Assembly (NCBI GenBank): GCA_963706445.1
Contig: OY970160.1
Span: forward strand, 1,152,001-1,216,000
Length of the DNA: 64,000 bases
Direction of reading: 5' to 3'
DNA from: an uncultured Nitrososphaerales archaeon
GTDB taxonomy: Archaea > Thermoproteota > Nitrososphaeria > Nitrososphaerales > Gagatemarchaeaceae
The position numbers and the translations under genes were made by a program. How positions within the stretch are numbered: position 1 is the stretch's first letter; each line of letters opens with the position of its first letter. The notes below the pieces were generated by a model, which searched no databases, was not told the DNA's origin, and worked only from the letters and a program-made list of their open reading frames with translations. This document shows, one piece after another, positions 56,610 through 64,000 of the stretch.

Positions 56610-57131
56610 TCATCCCCTTGCGATGAAAACCATGTGGGCGAGCTCTCCGGAGAATGCCCTCATGGCCGTCTTGACAGCTGCCGGTGAGCCTGGCATGCAG
56701 AGAATCAGTTTGCCCTTTGCTACCCCTGCCGTAGCCCGAGTCATGGCAGCGGAAGCCCCGATTTCTTCGTAGCCCAACCTTCTGACAAGCTCACCGAATC
56801 CATCTAGCTCCTTCTCAAGATACGGCCTCACGGTTTCAACTGTGATGTCTCTGGGGGAGAGCCCTGTCCCCCCGGCGAGCAGCAGGACGTCGTCGCCCCC
56901 AGCCAAAAACTCCTCTACCTCCTTGACAATCATCGCACTGTCGTCTGACACGAGGGTCCTTTTCGAGAGCCTGTGGCCTACCTTCGCAATCTCGTCCGCG
57001 GCAATGTCACCTGCCTCGTCGGTGAACTCCTCTCCCTCCGCCTTCTTGGCGTAGCGGCTCGTGCTCACTGTCACAAGTCTTACTGTGAGGGTCCGCTGAG
57101 CCTCTTTGCGGTGGGCTTCGTGCGGCTTCAT
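56610..57131 (-). CDS. moaB: MoaB/MogA molybdopterin adenylyltransferase
   Basis: TVSTSR, GGTGLSPRDITVE, GFGE, RATAG, PGSP. Confidence 0.9.
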   Translation of the reverse strand: MKPHEAHRKEAQRTLTVRLVTVSTSRYAKKAEGEEFTDEAGDIAADEIAKVGHRLSKRTLVSDDSAMIVKEVEEFLAGGDDVLLLAGGTGLSPRDITVETVRPYLEKELDGFGELVRRLGYEEIGASAAMTRATAGVAKGKLILCMPGSPAAVKTAMRAFSGELAHMVFIARG

Positions 57132-57559
57132 CTCTTCACCTTGCTCGTCACTCTTATCGATTCTATCATGGTGGTGGGATATTGTCCGTTCGAATCCTTC
57201 TCGTAGGACTTCACGACGTCCCAGATGTTGAGGAGCGCGACCGAGACGGCGGTCAGAGCCTCCATCTCCACTCCCGTCTTGTCGTGGGCTGCCGTCGTCA
57301 CCGTGACCTCAACCCAGTCCGGCCCGAGGGTGACCCTGGGGTTCGTCATCTCGATCTTGAGCGGGTGCGCCAGTGCGACGATGGCGGGGGTCATCTTGAC
57401 CGCCTGGACCGCCGTAGAAGACGCGAGAGAGATGGCATCCCCCTTTTCCAGCTTCCCCTTCCTGATTAGTTGGACCGTGCTCCGTTTCAGGCGGATCCTG
57501 CCCGAGGCGGTCGCCTCCCTGTACACGACCTTCTTTCCCGAGATGTCGACCTGTTTCAA
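57128..57559 (-). CDS. moaC: Cyclic pyranopterin monophosphate synthase
   Basis: VDISGK...REATA, KGD, HPL, TGVEMEALT, WDVVKS. Confidence 0.9.
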   Translation of the reverse strand: MKQVDISGKKVVYREATASGRIRLKRSTVQLIRKGKLEKGDAISLASSTAVQAVKMTPAIVALAHPLKIEMTNPRVTLGPDWVEVTVTTAAHDKTGVEMEALTAVSVALLNIWDVVKSYEKDSNGQYPTTMIESIRVTSKVKR

Positions 57560-57679
57560 GGGCGGGTTGAAGGTCTCATCCTGAGGTCGTTATACTTTTG
57601 CCCCCCGGTCAGATATGTTTTTACTCAACGAAACGGACTCAACCCCTCTTTGCTTACAACGGGAACCGGTGGAGACAGG

Positions 57680-58669
57680 GTGCTCCGCGACAGGAAGGGG
57701 AGGGTCGCCAAGAAGCTCAGGGTGTCGGTGACCGACAGGTGCAACTTCGCCTGCCTGTTCTGCATGCCGGAGAAGGACAAGATATCATGGATCAACCAGG
57801 CGGACATCCTCAGCTTCGAAGAGATTGAGAGGGTCGTGGGGGTGCTCGCGTCCTTGGGGATTGAGAAGGTCAGGATCACCGGCGGCGAGCCACTGCTGAG
57901 GAGGAACCTCGAGGAGCTCGTTACCAAGATAGTCTCCATCAAAGGTGTCCGCACTGTCGACATGACGACGAACGGATGGTACCTCGAGCAGAAGGCGAGG
58001 GCCCTTCACGAGGCCGGGCTCCGCGGGGTCACGGTCAGCCTCCACAGTCTGCGGAAAGACAGGTTCGCGAAGATATCAGGGTTGGACGCCCTCCCAAAGG
58101 TTCTGAAGGGAATCGACAAGGCATTGGATGAGGGCTTGGACCCGGTCAAGGTCAACTCGGTCGCCATAAGGGGCTACAACGACGACGAGCTCTTGGAACT
58201 AGTGGAGTACGCAAGGGAGCGGAGCATCTCCATAAGATTCATCGAGTTCATGCCCCTCGACGGGTTGGGGATGTGGAACTACGACAGGGTGGTCCCCGGC
58301 AAAGAGATCATAGATACCGTCTCCCGGAAATATCCGCTCGTCCGTGAGGGAAGGGGCACAAGCGAGACATCATCTGTCTGGCGCTTCAAGGACGGAAAGG
58401 GCGACCTCGGGCTAATCACCCCCATGAGCGACCCGTTCTGCGACGACTGCGACAGGCTCCGGCTCACTTCCGACGGCAAGCTCCTGTCCTGCCTATTCGA
58501 CACAGAATACCACGACCTAAGGCACTTCGTGAGGAACGGAGGGACCGACGAGACGATTGCCGACGCCATTCTGAAGGCGGTCTGGAAGAAGCCCGACGGG
58601 GTTGGCTACATGCCCTGGATCAAGGACGGGTGGGCGAAGCCGAGGAACATGAACGCCATTGGGGGGTAG
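57680..58669 (+). CDS. moaA: GTP 3',8-cyclase
   Basis: LRVSVTDRCNFACLFCMP, TGGEPL, RFIEFMP, FCDDCDRLRLT..CLF, C-terminal IGG. Confidence 0.93.
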   Translation: MLRDRKGRVAKKLRVSVTDRCNFACLFCMPEKDKISWINQADILSFEEIERVVGVLASLGIEKVRITGGEPLLRRNLEELVTKIVSIKGVRTVDMTTNGWYLEQKARALHEAGLRGVTVSLHSLRKDRFAKISGLDALPKVLKGIDKALDEGLDPVKVNSVAIRGYNDDELLELVEYARERSISIRFIEFMPLDGLGMWNYDRVVPGKEIIDTVSRKYPLVREGRGTSETSSVWRFKDGKGDLGLITPMSDPFCDDCDRLRLTSDGKLLSCLFDTEYHDLRHFVRNGGTDETIADAILKAVWKKPDGVGYMPWIKDGWAKPRNMNAIGG

Positions 58670-58674
58670 CAAGA

Positions 58675-58920
58675 ATGATCATCAAGGTTCTTTATTTCGC
58701 AGCTGCCAAGGACATCGCTAGGACCAAGGATGAAAGCGTGTCGCTTCGTGATGGAGCGACCTTGGAGGACCTCGCATCGGAGGTCGCCAGGCTCCATCCG
58801 CGGCTGAGCTCGATGAAGCGTTCGGTGAGGTTCACTGTCAATCTAGAAGTCGCGAGTCTAGGGGCGAAGCTGACTGAGGGGGATGAGGTGGGGGTGCTGC
58901 CTCCAGTGGCGGGAGGGTGA
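58675..58920 (+). CDS. moaD: Molybdopterin synthase sulfur carrier
   Basis: VLYFAA...PPVAGG; between moaA and moaE. Confidence 0.88.
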   Translation: MIIKVLYFAAAKDIARTKDESVSLRDGATLEDLASEVARLHPRLSSMKRSVRFTVNLEVASLGAKLTEGDEVGVLPPVAGG

Positions 58921-59351
58921 GGAAGATGACGACCAAGATCACAAAGAATCCTATCGACCCCGGCCGAGTGCTGGCGTCTGTTGAGGACAGATCAGCTGGT
59001 GGCTCGGTGATCTTCGTCGGGACCGTCAGAAGAAGGAGCGAAGGGAAGAGTGTCAAGGGGCTAACCTACGAAGTCTACAGAGAGATGGCCGAGAAGAGGA
59101 TGAAAGAAATTGAGGCCGGGGTCCGCAAGAAGTGGCCTGTCGTGAAGATGGCCATGGTTCATCGATATGGGGACCTCAAGGTGGGGGAGGTCAGCGTAGC
59201 AGTCGCAGTGTCGTGCGAGCACAGAGCGGAGGCTTTCGAGGCCTGTAGGTTCGCCATTGACACAGTCAAAAGGACGTTGCCGATGTGGAAGAAGGAAAAG
59301 TTCGGTCTGGGAAGCGAGAAATGGGTCAAAGGGACGCCCCTGGAGACCTAG
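58917..59351 (+). CDS. moaE: Molybdopterin synthase catalytic subunit
   Basis: FVGTVR, YEVY..MA, HRYG.L.VGE, HRAEAF, PMWKKE. Confidence 0.92.
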   Translation: MRKMTTKITKNPIDPGRVLASVEDRSAGGSVIFVGTVRRRSEGKSVKGLTYEVYREMAEKRMKEIEAGVRKKWPVVKMAMVHRYGDLKVGEVSVAVAVSCEHRAEAFEACRFAIDTVKRTLPMWKKEKFGLGSEKWVKGTPLET

Positions 59352-59353
59352 CT

Positions 59354-60217
59354 CTAACTTTCGATTTCTTTTGGTCGGGGTTTCTCAGCAAGCGTTTTGC
59401 GGACCACTTCCTTGCCGTACTTGGCCGCCACAACTTCTGTCATCACGCTGAGGGCGATTTCAGGAGCGGTGACTGCCCCGATGTCAGCGCCTATCGGAGT
59501 CCGGATTGAAGCGACGAACTGCTCCTTCACGCCTGCCTTCCTCAGATTGGCCAGGCCATCTCTCGCCCTCTGTCTGCTCGCCAGCATACCGATGTATCTG
59601 AGTTTGAACCCGGAGAGCTTCTGGAGGATCTCGACGTCCCTTTCCCCGTGTGTGAGCACGACAACAGAGTCTGAGGTTGCGAATGGGAAAGATGCGAGGT
59701 CGTAGTCCAAATCCTGGATGAGCCGGTCCGGCTGCTCGCTCAGGACCGGGGCATGGTCGATCACCACCACGTCGTAGTCGAGGTTCTTGCCCAGGCTGAC
59801 GAGGGCGTTTTCGATGTCGTCCTTGCCTCCCTGGCCGATCAGAATGAGCCGCTGCTGAGGGAGGTAGGGCTCGATGTAGATCTCCATGGTCCCTCCGCAG
59901 TTGGTCTCGACGTGGACCTCGTCCTCGGTCTGGCTCTTCAGGACCGCCCCCACTGAGTTCTCAACGCTCTCGAGGAACACCTTGACGATCTTGGGGGACC
60001 CGGACCTCATAGTCATCTTGGCGTGGGAGACGATGGCGGACTCGGGACAGACCCCGCCGAGGGTGCCGTAGAGTACCTCTCCCGCGCTCGATATGATGAC
60101 CTTGAACCCTGGCTTCCCGAGGGAGGAGCCTTCGGTCTTGACCACCGTGGCGACTGAGAACGGAGCTCCCCTGCTGATGAGAGAGTCCATCATCTTCGCG
60201 AACTCTACCTGCTTCAT
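59354..60217 (-). CDS. xdhC: XdhC/CoxI-CoxF family molybdoenzyme maturation factor
   Basis: ATVVKTEGS, GTLGGVC, CGGTMEIYIEP, YIGMLAS, PIGADIGA..PEIALS. Confidence 0.85.
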   Translation of the reverse strand: MKQVEFAKMMDSLISRGAPFSVATVVKTEGSSLGKPGFKVIISSAGEVLYGTLGGVCPESAIVSHAKMTMRSGSPKIVKVFLESVENSVGAVLKSQTEDEVHVETNCGGTMEIYIEPYLPQQRLILIGQGGKDDIENALVSLGKNLDYDVVVIDHAPVLSEQPDRLIQDLDYDLASFPFATSDSVVVLTHGERDVEILQKLSGFKLRYIGMLASRQRARDGLANLRKAGVKEQFVASIRTPIGADIGAVTAPEIALSVMTEVVAAKYGKEVVRKTLAEKPRPKEIES

Positions 60218-60277
60218 GGTGACTACGACGCAGGGTCCCCACTTATTATTTATCCCTGAGGGGAGTGGTGAATCGAG

Positions 60278-60892
60278 TTGATTGCTGCGGTAGTGCTGGC
60301 GGCGGGGAAGTCAGCGCGCATGGGGAGGCCAAAGCAGACGCTCCCGATCGGAGGGGCCCCGATGCTCCAGAAGGTCTTGGACATCTACAGAGCATCGAAC
60401 GTCGACAAGACAGTGGTCGTACTAGGAGCCGACGCGGATAATGTCCGAAGGGGGGTGAAGTTCCACGATGAAACTGTCGTGGTCAATGGACGTTACGAGG
60501 ATGGGATGAGCGGGTCGATCAAAGCGGGCCTTGCAGCCGTCCCCAAGGAGGCGGAAGCAGCATTGATTGGGCTGGGCGATCAACCAAATCTAAAGTCCAG
60601 CACCATCGACGCCATCGTCGAGGAGTTCAAGTCGAGTGGAGCCTCCGTCGTGGTACCCGTCTATCATGGCCAGCGGGGGAATCCAGTGCTCTTCCACAGG
60701 AGTGTTTTCAATCAGATAATGAAACTGGAAGGTGACGTGGGAGCCAAGTCTGTAGTGCGGAGCAATGAGAGCCGCCTCAAGGAGATAGCAATTGAAGATC
60801 GGGGGATTCTATTCGACGTGGATACTCCTGCAGATTACGAAAGGGCGAATGGTGGCGGTGGCGATTCTAGGCGTACGAGAAGCCGGGGATGA
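60278..60892 (+). CDS. mocA: Molybdenum cofactor cytidylyltransferase (MocA-like)
   Basis: LAAGKSARMGRPK, GMSGS, LGDQP, GNPVLF, GDVGA, DVDTPADY; next to xdhC. Confidence 0.8.
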   Translation: MIAAVVLAAGKSARMGRPKQTLPIGGAPMLQKVLDIYRASNVDKTVVVLGADADNVRRGVKFHDETVVVNGRYEDGMSGSIKAGLAAVPKEAEAALIGLGDQPNLKSSTIDAIVEEFKSSGASVVVPVYHGQRGNPVLFHRSVFNQIMKLEGDVGAKSVVRSNESRLKEIAIEDRGILFDVDTPADYERANGGGGDSRRTRSRG

Positions 60893-62111
60893 GGTTCACT
60901 TTGACCGAACTCCCTTTGGAGATGTGACGAACATCTTCGGGGACCACAAAATAACCATCGGCATCCGCGAGCAACTTCAGTGACTCGGTCTCAGCCAGGA
61001 TGGGCTCTGCGATGGTCTCCCGTCCATATCTGAGCTTGAAGTACACAACCTTTCGAAAGTCGGCAAATCTCTTCCTTGCGTCCCAATCCTGGCCGATCTT
61101 GCAGTGTAGTTCCAGTCCTAACTTCTGGTTGCCAGATAACTTCCCAATCATTACAGAACCCAGCACAAAGAACGCGTTCATGGCAGCCTGAATTGGCCCA
61201 GGCAGCATCAGGATGGGGGTTCCATTGACCACTGCAACCCCGGTGACCCTTCCCCGGTCGAGCTTGATCCCATGAAACAACACCACGGGCCCCAATCCTT
61301 GGACTGACTCGATGACAAAATCACGCCTTCCAGCAGAGGTTCCCCCTAGGGTCACCACCATATCGGAAGTCGCCAGGGCCCTCTTGATGGACTTCGTGAG
61401 CAGCGCTGGGTCGTCTCCGACGATCCCTCCATCGATCGGGGTGCACCCCCATGAAGCGCAAAGGCGGAGGAGCACAGGTGAATGGCTCTCACGTATCTGA
61501 CCTTCCTTCGGCCGGCTGGCAGTCGTGAGCTCATTCCCTGTCGCGATGACTGACACCTTCGGTTTCTTCCACACCTTGACCTCGGCGAATCCAAGTGCAA
61601 TCATCATGCCGATGTCCTGCGCCCTGATGGCGTGGCCTTTGGAAAGGACGACTGCGCCCTTCCTGACGTCTTCTCCCGCAGCAAAGACGTAGCTCCCACG
61701 CGCGACGGCCAGCTCCACCTTCACCTTCCGGCCATTGACCTCCGCGGACTCGATGGGGACTACTGCGTCTGCCCCCTTCGGGAGCACGGCGCCGGTGGCG
61801 ATCCGAATCGCTTTCCCGGGCGCCAATGGATGCTTGGGTCGTTCTCCCGGACCAGCCTGTCCCTCGATGGCTAGGGTGACCGGGGTTGATTCCGTCGCCC
61901 CTTGGACATCCCTAGAGATGACCGCAAAACCATCCATGTGGGAAGTCGCAAGCGGTGGGACATCTGAAGGCGCCACAACATCTTCCGCGGAGACCCGGCC
62001 ATAGGAATTCCTGGTTAGAAGGGTCTCAACGGCGCCGCGCGGCGCGATATTCTGCAAAACGCCAGATAGCACATCTTGCACTGAGGTGTAATCCTCGACA
62101 GGGCGGGTCAA
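60867..62111 (-). CDS. moeA: Molybdopterin molybdotransferase
   Basis: SHMDGFAV, IATGAVLPKGADAVV, GEDV, TGNEL, GGTSAG, LPG. Confidence 0.9.
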   Translation of the reverse strand: MTRPVEDYTSVQDVLSGVLQNIAPRGAVETLLTRNSYGRVSAEDVVAPSDVPPLATSHMDGFAVISRDVQGATESTPVTLAIEGQAGPGERPKHPLAPGKAIRIATGAVLPKGADAVVPIESAEVNGRKVKVELAVARGSYVFAAGEDVRKGAVVLSKGHAIRAQDIGMMIALGFAEVKVWKKPKVSVIATGNELTTASRPKEGQIRESHSPVLLRLCASWGCTPIDGGIVGDDPALLTKSIKRALATSDMVVTLGGTSAGRRDFVIESVQGLGPVVLFHGIKLDRGRVTGVAVVNGTPILMLPGPIQAAMNAFFVLGSVMIGKLSGNQKLGLELHCKIGQDWDARKRFADFRKVVYFKLRYGRETIAEPILAETESLKLLADADGYFVVPEDVRHISKGSSVKVNLIPGFSYA

Positions 62112-62169
62112 GGGAGGTACTGAAGCGCCGGGGCATGTGGCTATAAAGGCGGCAAGACCGATTTAGATG

Positions 62170-62428
62170 AGAAGAATGTCCGCTTCCGATTTTACGGAAG
62201 GTCTCCGTCCTGTCGGGCGGCGGGCTATTCTGATTGCCCCACGAGACGGAATCCCCAACCGGCTGGGGTTTTAAAAACCCTACTGAACGTTCCTTCTATA
62301 GATGAGACGTAGGTAGACCCGCGACACATGCCCACTCCCACGTTGAACAGGCCCGAATGGAGCCGTGTAACCCAGGTGCTTTGGGGTCCCACCGCCCCCG
62401 ATCCATTTCGAGGCAGAATAGCCCTCTC
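62170..62428 (+). ncRNA. Candidate structured non-coding RNA (SRP-RNA-like architecture, unconfirmed)
   Basis: Nested pairings: GTCCG/CGGGC enclosing two hairpins; GGGCTATTCTG(62222)/CAGAATAGCCC(62414); CCCCAA/TTGGGG; CTGGG/CCCAG; CAGGCCCGAATGGAGC; TATAAA at about 62142. Confidence 0.3.
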
Positions 62429-62465
62429 GGCGCTTAAATGCTCCATAGTCTGAGCCCCGATTGGC

Positions 62466-62539
62466 GGGGTCGTCGTCTAGCTTGGCAGGATACTTGCTTG
62501 GGGTGCAAGTGGTCGTGGGTTCGAATCCCACCGACCCCA
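62466..62539 (+). tRNA. tRNA-Pro (GGG)
   Basis: Acceptor GGGGTCG/CGACCCC, anticodon arm CTTGC-TTGGGGT-GCAAG, T arm GTGGG-TTCGAAT-CCCAC; no intron, no encoded CCA; CTTAAAT box about 26 nt upstream. Confidence 0.95.
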
Positions 62540-62675
62540 CTTTCTATACAGGTCGAAGCGAACTCTGTTTGGCTAACAGGGTTTGATTCTAGCTATTCCA
62601 TACAGGCCACCGACACGCTTCAAGCTCCGATAGTCAACAATCCGTAAGTAACCGTTCATCGCTCAAGAACTCAGG

Positions 62676-63353
62676 ATGAGGCAGGAAATCCTCGTAACAA
62701 CCCTCGCACTGATCATTTTGGGAAGTCTCGGCTTGGGCTACATCGCTGGGGCCCAGTGGAATGCGAGGCCAGCTATCCCAAGCGTGATCCTTCAAATCAC
62801 GACCACAACCGCAACAATATTCTCCACAAGAACGACTACAGATTATGTCCAAACAGGGAGCGTCGCCTCTTCTCCTTCTGCGCTCGAGGTCTACGTGAAC
62901 ACTAACACAACTGGGATGGGTCCAGTTCAGCAAACGCTTGCCTCAGTGTGGGAGAACAACACGCTTCCCCTGATTAACAACGTTTCGGCTCTTTCAGACT
63001 ATGCGATACCCAACCTGAGCTTCAGCCCGTGTGCCGGAGGATTCCCTTTGGAAATGGGATTGCTCCAGGGACATTATGGGATGGGCAATTTTTCCGAGGG
63101 ACAGTTCGTTTCACCCATCGTGTTCAGCTGTACGACAGACTACGCGGATTACCAGTACTTCGTCTTCTCTCCGCTCAATGGCACTGCCGTCGCGCACGGC
63201 GTCCAAACCCAACCGAGCGGTCCCTTCTCCGAGAGATTGGCCGATGTGAGCTTCAATTACACGTATACAGGTCTTGGCCCAGGGGAATACACCGTGGTTG
63301 GTGGCGATGAATGGGGTCACGTCGCCTTCGCTTACTTCTCGGTCGCAGCGTGA
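62676..63353 (+). CDS. Hypothetical membrane-anchored extracellular protein
   Basis: N-terminal TM, Thr-rich linker, several NxS/T sequons, C-terminal PGEYTVVGGDEWG. Confidence 0.6.
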   Translation: MRQEILVTTLALIILGSLGLGYIAGAQWNARPAIPSVILQITTTTATIFSTRTTTDYVQTGSVASSPSALEVYVNTNTTGMGPVQQTLASVWENNTLPLINNVSALSDYAIPNLSFSPCAGGFPLEMGLLQGHYGMGNFSEGQFVSPIVFSCTTDYADYQYFVFSPLNGTAVAHGVQTQPSGPFSERLADVSFNYTYTGLGPGEYTVVGGDEWGHVAFAYFSVAA

Positions 63354-63439
63354 AAGCTGGGGGGCCATCCGATCGGGTCGGGTGTGTCCGTTCTCACGAG
63401 TAGGCGTATATCAGACACAATCTTCTCTCACGGCTTGGA

Positions 63440-64000
63440 TTGAAGAACGAAATCGTCACATTGCTGGTGGTGGCATTGCTGGCGGCCGTTTTGGTGGCAG
63501 CGAGCCTGGGTACTGACTTCTTCACTGGACCTGGCAGCCGGCAGACGGTCACAACTACTTCGACGGCCACGGTCATCACTCCGTCAGTGACTACTTACAC
63601 GACGACGGTATACTCCCAAACAACCACGGAGGGGTTGGGGACTCCCATCCCCATCGCGAGCATTATGACAGGGAACACGTCGATAGGGGGCGGTCCGTAC
63701 ACCATTGCTGTCAATCCCGGGAATAACAGGATCTATGTTGCCGGCACCACAAACATCCTGACCGTCGTGGACGCCGTCTCCCACGACGTGGACGCAAGGG
63801 TTACACTCCCTGCCAATTCTAACGCGGGCATAGCCATCGACTACGGCACAGAGATGGTCTATGTCCTCGTTCAGGGAGGCGTCGCCGTAGTAAACGGCAC
63901 TTCTAACACGGTTGTCAAAGAACTGCCGGCAGATTTCGGGTTTAGGTCGATAGCATTTGACAGCGCCACCGATGTGGTCTACGGCTCTCCCGAGACTCAA
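63440..64000 (+). CDS. YncE/YVTN-like beta-propeller surface protein (3' partial; absent from ORF track)
   Basis: Manual translation from TTG 63440: MKNEIVTLLVVALLAAVLVAASLG, Thr-rich linker, then IAVNPGNNRIYVAG...IAIDYGTEMVYV...IAFDSATDVVY; open to the window end. Confidence 0.7.
   Translation, partial: MKNEIVTLLVVALLAAVLVAASLGTDFFTGPGSRQTVTTTSTATVITPSVTTYTTTVYSQTTTEGLGTPIPIASIMTGNTSIGGGPYTIAVNPGNNRIYVAGTTNILTVVDAVSHDVDARVTLPANSNAGIAIDYGTEMVYVLVQGGVAVVNGTSNTVVKELPADFGFRSIAFDSATDVVYGSPETQ

Noticed and set aside
62170-62250. tRNA-like cloverleaf on the minus strand (GAC loop)
   Set aside because: No TTCRA T-loop, poor acceptor stem, and A-C mismatches that become G-U pairs on the + strand.
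62466-62539. Integrated element at tRNA-Pro
   Set aside because: No integrase and no duplicate of the tRNA 3' end noticed within the window.
1-64000. CRISPR arrays, rRNA, transposases, phage genes
   Set aside because: No regularly spaced repeats or recognisable motifs were seen by eye.

Overview
High-GC prokaryotic window that reads as archaeal: a tRNA without encoded CCA, BRE/TATA-like boxes about 25-35 nt before mostly leaderless genes, a Tfx regulator and SAMP/UbaA-type genes. A non-ammonia-oxidising Nitrososphaerota-like lineage is my guess, not a result. It is gene-dense and almost entirely metabolic. In order: (1) a 4-hydroxyphenylacetate/homoprotocatechuate cluster (hpaB, hpaD, hpaC, FAH-family, ALDH, acetoacetate-decarboxylase-like); (2) ppdK plus a pyruvate/2-oxoacid:ferredoxin oxidoreductase; (3) hypC, a DUF6390-like gene and a membrane-bound group 4 [NiFe]-hydrogenase operon in complex I gene order (A-B-C-D-H-I-J-K-L-N) with hycI and hypA; (4) a ~22 kb uncharacterised catabolic neighbourhood with a xanthine-dehydrogenase-family LMS enzyme, two paralogous GNAT-like proteins, split FdrA, DUF1116, a BMP nucleoside ABC transporter, CoxG, ParB-like protein, cyclase-family hydrolase, carboxyltransferase, methylmalonyl-CoA epimerase/mutase and a cytosine-deaminase-like enzyme, which I propose encodes an alternative oxidative pyrimidine (barbiturate-type) pathway; (5) a ubiquitin-like/beta-propeller/OsmC/E1 group; (6) a hicBA islet between two copies of the moaB 3' end; (7) Moco/MCD biosynthesis genes; (8) a structured intergenic RNA candidate, tRNA-Pro(GGG) and surface proteins. 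Three genes absent from the ORF track were found by hand (FdrA C-terminal mini-gene, HicA, terminal beta-propeller). No CRISPR array, rRNA, integrase or transposase was seen. All family calls come from motif recognition, not database searches.
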